A stretch of DNA of 64,000 nucleotides, from positions 10,348 to 74,347 of the forward strand of contig JBGSSF010000002.1 of assembly GCA_041737175.1 (NCBI GenBank), in the 5' to 3' direction. The translations under genes were made by a program, and so were the position numbers. The notes beneath the pieces are model-generated. The model was given only the letters and a program-made list of their open reading frames with translations, was not told where the DNA came from and did no database searches. Below are positions 57,658 to 64,000 of the stretch, one piece after another; the stretch's first letter is position 1; every line of letters begins with the position of its first letter. Origin of the DNA: Bacteroidales bacterium (GTDB taxonomy: Bacteria; Bacteroidota; Bacteroidia; Bacteroidales; UBA10428).

Positions 57658-60441
57658 TTATTTCACCCTGTAATTGTACAAAAAATTATCCCCGCTCCCC
57701 ACCACCAGGTTAAACTTCGACAGGGTATCGCCGAAGTTTCCGATACTGAAGGGGGTATTTCCCTGCAGGGGGAATCCGGCATAAATCTCACCGTTGTTGT
57801 TGAACAGGTAGATCTTGTTTGCAGGGCGGTTAACCACCCCGATTTTCAGATCGGTGGCAGAAAACTGGTAGAACAAGGGCCGGGAAGCAACCGGGGCATC
57901 GAAATCAAAATCAAAGAGCCGGGTCATGTCACTGTTCAACACAAGCATTGATCTTCCTTCGATGAAGATCAGCTCATATTTTCCATCGCCATTCAGATCC
58001 CTGTATTCGAAAAAATGATCGTTGGAAAATTTTCTGCCCGGGTCAAGGGTGGTTGATTTCCCGTTAAACCCTATTTTGTAAACCATACCGGTTGTATCGG
58101 TGGTGGCGATCCCGGGGCCCGAACCATCGCGGGGTGAATAAAGCATATAGTTATTGTTGGCAGAGCGCGGGAAGTAGGTTTCCACATCAATACGCGTATT
58201 GCCTTTCCTGTCGAGTAAATACGTTTTAAACCGGTCACCGAACACAATGAAATCCCTGTCCCCGATCCTGAAGTGCGCGACGGGCTGTGTAACTTCGCTT
58301 TCCGACTTATCAAATCCCCAACCCGGCAAGAGGTTGCCCTCTTTTGTATAGACATATACATGCCTGTCCTCGCAAGCTATAAAAATACGGTAGTCACGAT
58401 TCCTGTCATAGTCAAACACGGCCACACCGCAGGTCGAGGGTGACCTGAGCTTTACCGGGTACTTCTCCACGAAGTTACCGTTTCTGTCGATCAGGTAAAG
58501 TGAGCTGCGTGTGCTGAAAAGCAGCTGAAGCTTGCCGTTGCGGTAGTAATCCACCTGAAATACCTCACTGTTTATGCGTTCGGGCAGCTGAACCTTCCAT
58601 AAGATACGCCCAACCTGGTTGATCAGGTAAATGTTGTTCCTCATATCCTGCACAAATACTTCATTTTGTTTTGTCTGGTGATTCATGACAAAAACAGGCT
58701 TGAAATCTGCCAGGGTATCCAGTTTGCTTTCCCACACGGTTTGTGTGACATTGTTATAGGCCGAAAGAAACCGAAGCAGGAAATTGCTGTACAACATTTT
58801 ACTATTGGAAAACAGCTGGAAGCCCATGATCTGTACTTTCTGGAATACCGGTTGGTAGGATGACCATTGCTGATTGATTGCATGGGTCAGGTAGGGAGCG
58901 TACACACTTTGCGCCTTGCTCAGGTTGGCATAGAAGTAAAGATTGGAACGGGGTGAAAGGTTATTCTTAAACTCCCGGAATGCAGCGTCATTGGCCAGGG
59001 TTTTATTTAAGATCAGGCTGTGTATCAATGACTTAATAGACTCTACGGAGGATGAGAAAACAACATAATTGTCGAGAATGGTAAAATAGTGTTCATCCAG
59101 CGCGGAGAAGAGGTTGCCGAACACTTTCGCGGAAAATTTACGGATTGGCAGGTAGTAGATTTTGTAGCTCAGTTCATTATCGAGCCTGTACAGGGTGGTA
59201 AAGGAAGAAAGCGACCCGGATTCCACAGCAGCAATCCTGGCAACCATGGAATTCAGTTTTTCTTCGGCCTGGGTGCTGCTTTTGATCCGCATCAGGAAGT
59301 ACCTGTGGCCCGGACCACCTTCGCGGGTTCCCGGATCAAAGGCCTGGCTGATCTCATTATCCATGATTTCCAGCAACTCACGCGGCACATCAATGCCGTA
59401 CGTGCTGTTGAGTGATGTCAGGGTATTCTGGTAAGTGGTATACAGGCCCTGTTCGAGCAGGAAATTTTGGTAATCCGTGAAATAGCGTGCCGGGTCGGAC
59501 AGGCTGACCGTAAAAAACGATGCCACGGAACCGGGGAGAAATTCATCAGCCGTTATGCGCTGGGGGGTTTGGTTGATAAAGAGGGAAGCCATGGAAGATA
59601 AAGAATCCGGAGGATATACAAAACCATTCATCAGCAGCATGTCGGATAACAGGTTGATATCCATTTCAGCCCATTCAGCAAAGTGCCTGGCCGAGCGAAC
59701 CTCTGCCTTGAATTCAGGACGGACCAGAACGGACAGGCTTTTGGGAAAGTTTTGAAAATTGATGAACAGGTTGGCATCCACATTTTTACCAGCCGTGGCA
59801 TACACTGCCCTGAATCCTTTCATGGACAGGACGTTATCTTCAGTGGCGATCTGCCGGATGGCATCCTCGAGCACAGTGGCGGAAAAGCTGAGCATTAAAA
59901 TATCCCTGTACACTGCAAAGGAGAAATTCCTCACTGCGTTTTCATTCAGGAGGACAACTTCATGAACAGAAACATTTTCATACTTCCGGATACTCATGGT
60001 GCCGGAGTTCACTACAAGGCCCCTGATCAGGTCCACGATCTTCTTTTCGGAGTATCGGGGCGGTAACTGAAATATATGCATGAGGCTGACCTTGTCCTTT
60101 CCGGTGAAATGAGCTGAAAGGAAGGAGGGGGAATTTTTCAGAATCTGTTCAGCGTCGGGTACGAATTTATACAGCGAATCAAGAAACCGCAATTGTCTGT
60201 CGATCCGTGCAAAGTCAGGTATGGTTTTGAGTTCATTCCAGATGGCATTGTGAACAGATGCTTTTTCAAACAGGTTCCTGAAATCATTCACCTGCATGAT
60301 CACAGAGGCAGACACGGGAATGGCCCTGAGCGGTTCAGCAGGGGGGGAAGGTTTATGAAGTGCTATAAAGTACAGGATAACAAGCAACAGTGCAGCAACT
60401 CCTATAAATGGCACAATGGTCCATTTATTTTTCTTTGACAT
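57658..60441 (-). CDS. Large membrane-anchored hypothetical protein (DUF3352-like N-region, C-terminal beta-propeller-like repeats)
   Basis: N-terminal TM helix; VDYYRNGKLQ, FDYDRNRDYR, DLNGDG motifs. Confidence 0.65.
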   Translation of the reverse strand: MSKKNKWTIVPFIGVAALLLVILYFIALHKPSPPAEPLRAIPVSASVIMQVNDFRNLFEKASVHNAIWNELKTIPDFARIDRQLRFLDSLYKFVPDAEQILKNSPSFLSAHFTGKDKVSLMHIFQLPPRYSEKKIVDLIRGLVVNSGTMSIRKYENVSVHEVVLLNENAVRNFSFAVYRDILMLSFSATVLEDAIRQIATEDNVLSMKGFRAVYATAGKNVDANLFINFQNFPKSLSVLVRPEFKAEVRSARHFAEWAEMDINLLSDMLLMNGFVYPPDSLSSMASLFINQTPQRITADEFLPGSVASFFTVSLSDPARYFTDYQNFLLEQGLYTTYQNTLTSLNSTYGIDVPRELLEIMDNEISQAFDPGTREGGPGHRYFLMRIKSSTQAEEKLNSMVARIAAVESGSLSSFTTLYRLDNELSYKIYYLPIRKFSAKVFGNLFSALDEHYFTILDNYVVFSSSVESIKSLIHSLILNKTLANDAAFREFKNNLSPRSNLYFYANLSKAQSVYAPYLTHAINQQWSSYQPVFQKVQIMGFQLFSNSKMLYSNFLLRFLSAYNNVTQTVWESKLDTLADFKPVFVMNHQTKQNEVFVQDMRNNIYLINQVGRILWKVQLPERINSEVFQVDYYRNGKLQLLFSTRSSLYLIDRNGNFVEKYPVKLRSPSTCGVAVFDYDRNRDYRIFIACEDRHVYVYTKEGNLLPGWGFDKSESEVTQPVAHFRIGDRDFIVFGDRFKTYLLDRKGNTRIDVETYFPRSANNNYMLYSPRDGSGPGIATTDTTGMVYKIGFNGKSTTLDPGRKFSNDHFFEYRDLNGDGKYELIFIEGRSMLVLNSDMTRLFDFDFDAPVASRPLFYQFSATDLKIGVVNRPANKIYLFNNNGEIYAGFPLQGNTPFSIGNFGDTLSKFNLVVGSGDNFLYNYRVK

Positions 60442-60509
60442 GGGGCCGGCAATTGATGGTTTTCCAAAAATAGGAAATCTTTACTATTTTTAGATTGTAA
60501 TTAAGCTCC

Positions 60510-62294
60510 ATGTATCAACACCGCCGAAAAATCCTGCTTGTCCTGCTGTTGGCCGGTATGGCTGCTTTTTGCCATGCGGCCGGAGAGTTATCAACAGGGT
60601 TTTCCGCAGGCCGTTGGCTCCTGGTCTTCTCCAGTCTGGTGGGTGGCCTTGGATTGTTCCTGATGGGGATGAAAATGATGAGTGACAGCCTTACCAAGTC
60701 GGCCGGCAGTCAGATCAGGGATCTTCTGGCCAGGCTCACGCAAAACAGGTTTATCGCCTTTCTGATCGGCATTTTTGCCACCATGGTGTTTCAGAGCAGC
60801 AGCGCCACCACGGTAATGCTGGTAAGTTTCGTGAATTCAAGGCTGATGAAATTCGCCAGCACCATTGGAATAATACTGGGAGCTGCTGTTGGCGCCACCA
60901 TTACCATCCAGCTGATTGCATTCAGGCTGGCCGACTATGCGCTGAGTGTAATTGCCCTGGGATTTCTGCTTTATGTGATTTCAAAGCAGCCAAAACTGCG
61001 AAGCATCAGCCTTACTGTCATCGGATTTGGTGTTTTGTTTCTGGGTATGAACCTGATGTCACAAAGCATTGAACCTTTGCGGACAGCGGAAGGCTTAACA
61101 TTCATGCTGCTGCAGCTTGAAAATCCCTGGGCGGGGATCCTGGTTGGGGCTCTGCTGACGGCCCTGATACAAAGCAGCAGTGCTTTTATCGGCATACTCA
61201 TCATCCTGGCGGGACAGGGATTGCTGACACTCGATGCATCGGTGCCCCTGATGATCGGTGCGAATATCGGAACTGCGATCACAGCCATCATTGCCTCTTC
61301 AGGCGGATCAAGGGAATCCAAACAGGTAGCCCTGGCCCATACCCTGTTCAAAGTCATCGGCGCCCTGATCATCGTTTGGTTCATACCCTGGTTTGTCAGG
61401 CTTATCACTTTCATCTCTCCGCCAGAGTCGATAGCACGGCAGATTGCCAATGCGCACACTGTATTCAACACCCTGCTTGCCTTGGCCTTTCTGCCTTTTA
61501 CCGGGTCTTATGCCCGGTTCATTAACAGGTTGTTGCCTGTTCGCGAAGAGAAACATGCTTCGCTCACCGCATGGTATCTTGATGAGGGATTGCTTCAAAC
61601 TCCCGCCCTGGCGTTGGGGGTAGCCCGCCAGGAAGTGTTGCGGATGATGGAGATTGCGGAAAGGATGACGGAAGAGATCATCATCCCCTTCATGGAGAAA
61701 AAGACCGATGTTCTTGTGAAGATCAAGAACCGTGAGCAGGAGTTGAATTTTCTGCGGGATGCCGTAAATGGCTATCTCATTAAAATTATCCGGCAGGACA
61801 TCACCTCCAGGCAGGCGGAAGAAGCTTATCAGATGTTGTATGCCGTGGATGAGTTTGAACAGATCGGGGACATTGTTTCCGTGACCCTGTATGACAAAGC
61901 GGAAAGCTGGTGCAGGAGCAATCATCATTTCTCCTCCCAGGGAAGGGAAGAGATCCTTGATTTTCACCTGAAAACCCTGAAAATATTGTATCAGACTTAC
62001 AAGACATTCGGTGATGCAGACCTGAAGGGGGTCAGGAAAGGAGCCAAAAAATCAAAGGAGAAGTACAGCCATTACAGAACCCTGTTTTTTGACCTGGAAA
62101 AGCAGCATTATGAAAGGCTGAAAAAGGAGGTGGAAGAATCCATTGAAACCAGCCGTACCCATATGGAGATCATTGCTTCGCTGAAAGTGATCGGAAGCCA
62201 TGCAACCAATATAGCGAGAATTTTGCTTAAAGAAGAAAAAAATGGAAGTGAATCCGCGCATCGAGGAAAGCTGGAAGGCCATACTGGAGGGTGA
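60510..62294 (+). CDS. Na/Pi cotransporter family protein with PhoU-like domains
   Basis: GGLGLFLMGM, two QSSSA repeats, GANIGT, IANAHTVFN. Confidence 0.93.
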   Translation: MYQHRRKILLVLLLAGMAAFCHAAGELSTGFSAGRWLLVFSSLVGGLGLFLMGMKMMSDSLTKSAGSQIRDLLARLTQNRFIAFLIGIFATMVFQSSSATTVMLVSFVNSRLMKFASTIGIILGAAVGATITIQLIAFRLADYALSVIALGFLLYVISKQPKLRSISLTVIGFGVLFLGMNLMSQSIEPLRTAEGLTFMLLQLENPWAGILVGALLTALIQSSSAFIGILIILAGQGLLTLDASVPLMIGANIGTAITAIIASSGGSRESKQVALAHTLFKVIGALIIVWFIPWFVRLITFISPPESIARQIANAHTVFNTLLALAFLPFTGSYARFINRLLPVREEKHASLTAWYLDEGLLQTPALALGVARQEVLRMMEIAERMTEEIIIPFMEKKTDVLVKIKNREQELNFLRDAVNGYLIKIIRQDITSRQAEEAYQMLYAVDEFEQIGDIVSVTLYDKAESWCRSNHHFSSQGREEILDFHLKTLKILYQTYKTFGDADLKGVRKGAKKSKEKYSHYRTLFFDLEKQHYERLKKEVEESIETSRTHMEIIASLKVIGSHATNIARILLKEEKNGSESAHRGKLEGHTGG

Positions 62295-62916
62295 GTTTGA
62301 TAAGCAGTATTTCAAGGAATTGAAAGAATTCCTTGTAGATGAGAAATCAAAATACTCGGTATATCCCCCCGGCGGGCTCATTTTCAATGCTTTCAGGCTC
62401 ACGCCCTTCGACAGGGCAAGGGTGGTGCTGTTGGGACAGGATCCTTATCACGGACAGGGACAGGCGCATGGGTTGTGCTTTTCGGTTCCGCCGGGGATCA
62501 CCGCTCCGCCATCACTGGTCAATATTTTCAAGGAAATCGAACGGGACCTGGGCATTCCTGTTCCTGCACACGGAAATCTGGAAAGGTGGGCCCGGCAGGG
62601 TGTGCTTTTACTGAATGCCACGCTTACGGTACGGGCAAACCAACCCGGCTCGCATCAGCGGAAGGGATGGGAAACCTTTACCAATGCGGTAATCGGTAAG
62701 CTTTCGGAAAAGCGTGTGGGATTGATCTTTTTGCTGTGGGGGAAATTTGCCCAGGAAAAGGAGGCTTTGATCGATACCAACCGGCATTATATTCTCAAGG
62801 CCGCTCATCCTTCGCCTTACTCTGCCTACAACGGATTTTTCGGGTGCCGGCATTTTTCTAAAACCAATGAGATTCTCAAGAAGCATGGGTTGGAGGAGAT
62901 GGATTGGAGAGTATAG
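62242..62916 (+). CDS. ung: Uracil-DNA glycosylase
   Basis: GQDPYH, GLCFSV, PPSL.NI, VLLLN, HPSPYS. Confidence 0.97.
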   Translation: MEVNPRIEESWKAILEGEFDKQYFKELKEFLVDEKSKYSVYPPGGLIFNAFRLTPFDRARVVLLGQDPYHGQGQAHGLCFSVPPGITAPPSLVNIFKEIERDLGIPVPAHGNLERWARQGVLLLNATLTVRANQPGSHQRKGWETFTNAVIGKLSEKRVGLIFLLWGKFAQEKEALIDTNRHYILKAAHPSPYSAYNGFFGCRHFSKTNEILKKHGLEEMDWRV

Positions 62917-63037
62917 GGACAAGGGGATTGGGAGAATAGGTGATTAGGTGATTAGGTGATTTGATGATTACCGATTACCGATTACCGAATACCGATTACC
63001 ATTTACTGTTTACTTTTTACTGTTTACCGTTTACTGC
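62916..63037. repeat. Composite array: 8-mers (GGGACAAG...GTGATTAG) followed by 7-mers (CGATTAC -> TGTTTAC)
   Basis: Fills the whole gap between the ung stop and the convergent gene's stop. Confidence 0.85.
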
Positions 63038-63038
63038 C

Positions 63039-63332
63039 CTATTCCTCCTCTTCAGAGACATCATCTCCAATCTCGAGGCTTTCAAAATTATCGAATTCAT
63101 CAAACGAGGAGGATTCTGGTTCTTCCTCTTCTTCAGCAGGATTGATGCGGGGAAGTTTGATGAGGTAGTAAATATCTTCGGTTTCAAAAGGGATGGCTAC
63201 TTCAATCTCACCTCTTGGGTTCGTGAAAGTAATGGTACGGTCTTCATAGCCATCGGGATACTTCTCTTTTAATTTTTCTACCAGCTCCTCCGACAGTTGC
63301 TCATATGACTTGATTATTCTTTTCTTTCCCAC
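63039..63332 (-). CDS. Hypothetical protein with an acidic tail
   Basis: KRIIKSYEQLSEELVEKLKEKYPDGY...VPFETEDIYYLIK-like sequence; GTG start. Confidence 0.7.
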   Translation of the reverse strand: MGKKRIIKSYEQLSEELVEKLKEKYPDGYEDRTITFTNPRGEIEVAIPFETEDIYYLIKLPRINPAEEEEEPESSSFDEFDNFESLEIGDDVSEEEE

Positions 63333-63447
63333 GGTTTTACAAGTGATTTAGATTGTCTGTTCAACTGGGGGTAAATTTATATAAATTTTATTCTTAATTG
63401 CAAAAGCAAAATGTGATATTTTTCTTACGTCAAATCTTAATAAAAGT

Positions 63448-64000
63448 TCAGATATTATTTTCAGTCAGAACCATATTAACGGAAGGATCACCAAGCCATT
63501 TCGCCTGGGCTAGCTTTGTCAGGTTAATTTTTCCTATGAGGTAATTAAAACCGGGTGATTCATGCTTCACCGAGATACTGATGAAATCCCGGGGATCGGG
63601 CCTGACAGCGCCGTTGTAACTCACATATATCTCGAGTTCTATATCCCGGGTATAACTGTGATTCAGTTTCTGGTTCAGCTTTTTGTACTCGTACCGGTAA
63701 TCATAGGTAAGCGCGGAAATATCGGAAAGGACCGCTGAACCGGTCGCGTTTCCTCCCGCACCTTTGCCCATGAAAAACTGGTGTTCGGCAAAAGCACCTT
63801 CGAGCAGCAAACCGTTGTATTCATAGGACACCTTGTTCAGGGTGTCAGAAAGGGGAATAAATCGCGGTATGCAGTAAGCATAAACCTTGTTGCCGATTTT
63901 GCTGCACCTGGCTATGAGTTTGATGCGTGCGTTCTTTTCGCGTGCATACCTGATATCAGCATCTTTCAGATTTTGAATACCATAATTAAATATGTCCCCC
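63448..64000 (-). CDS. Homoserine dehydrogenase, C-terminal part (5' end outside the window)
   Basis: Frame open to the window end; ...DIRYARE...IKL...GKGAGGNATGSAVLSDI. Confidence 0.85.
   Translation of the reverse strand, partial: GDIFNYGIQNLKDADIRYAREKNARIKLIARCSKIGNKVYAYCIPRFIPLSDTLNKVSYEYNGLLLEGAFAEHQFFMGKGAGGNATGSAVLSDISALTYDYRYEYKKLNQKLNHSYTRDIELEIYVSYNGAVRPDPRDFISISVKHESPGFNYLIGKINLTKLAQAKWLGDPSVNMVLTENNI

Noticed and set aside
62242-62294. 53-bp overlap of the Na/Pi transporter and ung as a recoding signal
   Set aside because: Most simply a drifted stop codon; no slippery site was evident.

Overview
Core-genome window of a Bacteroidota (probably Bacteroidales) bacterium, with TAnnTTTG-type promoters. 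It carries ileS-dksA-lspA, metG, M23-dxr-rseP, tatA, mltD, purF, an attenuated leuA-leuC-leuD-cimA-leuB operon, yebC, pcm, gcvH, sprA, ruvA, pdxA, mlaEF, the T9SS/gliding cluster porP-gldKLMN, ung and a partial homoserine dehydrogenase. No rRNA, tRNA, CRISPR, reverse transcriptase or transposase was seen. The main signal is intergenic. Three AT-rich four-helix-bundle genes (TIGR02436 / 23S-IVP / Avd-like) each lie between two mutually inverted arrays of 7- or 8-bp tandem repeats, placed at host stop codons. About a dozen gene-less arrays of similar design (7-, 8- and 9-mers; two-armed or one-armed) occupy other gene junctions, and three share a ~30-nt core. This looks like a repeat-flanked cassette family with gene-less derivatives; the mechanism is inference only. 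Also present: a REP-like hairpin family whose loops carry tandem amplifications, a MITE-like element inserted into another REP-like palindrome with a 13-bp duplication, an Ile/Leu-rich leader-peptide attenuator and a 32-aa TatA-like ORF, the last two absent from the ORF track.
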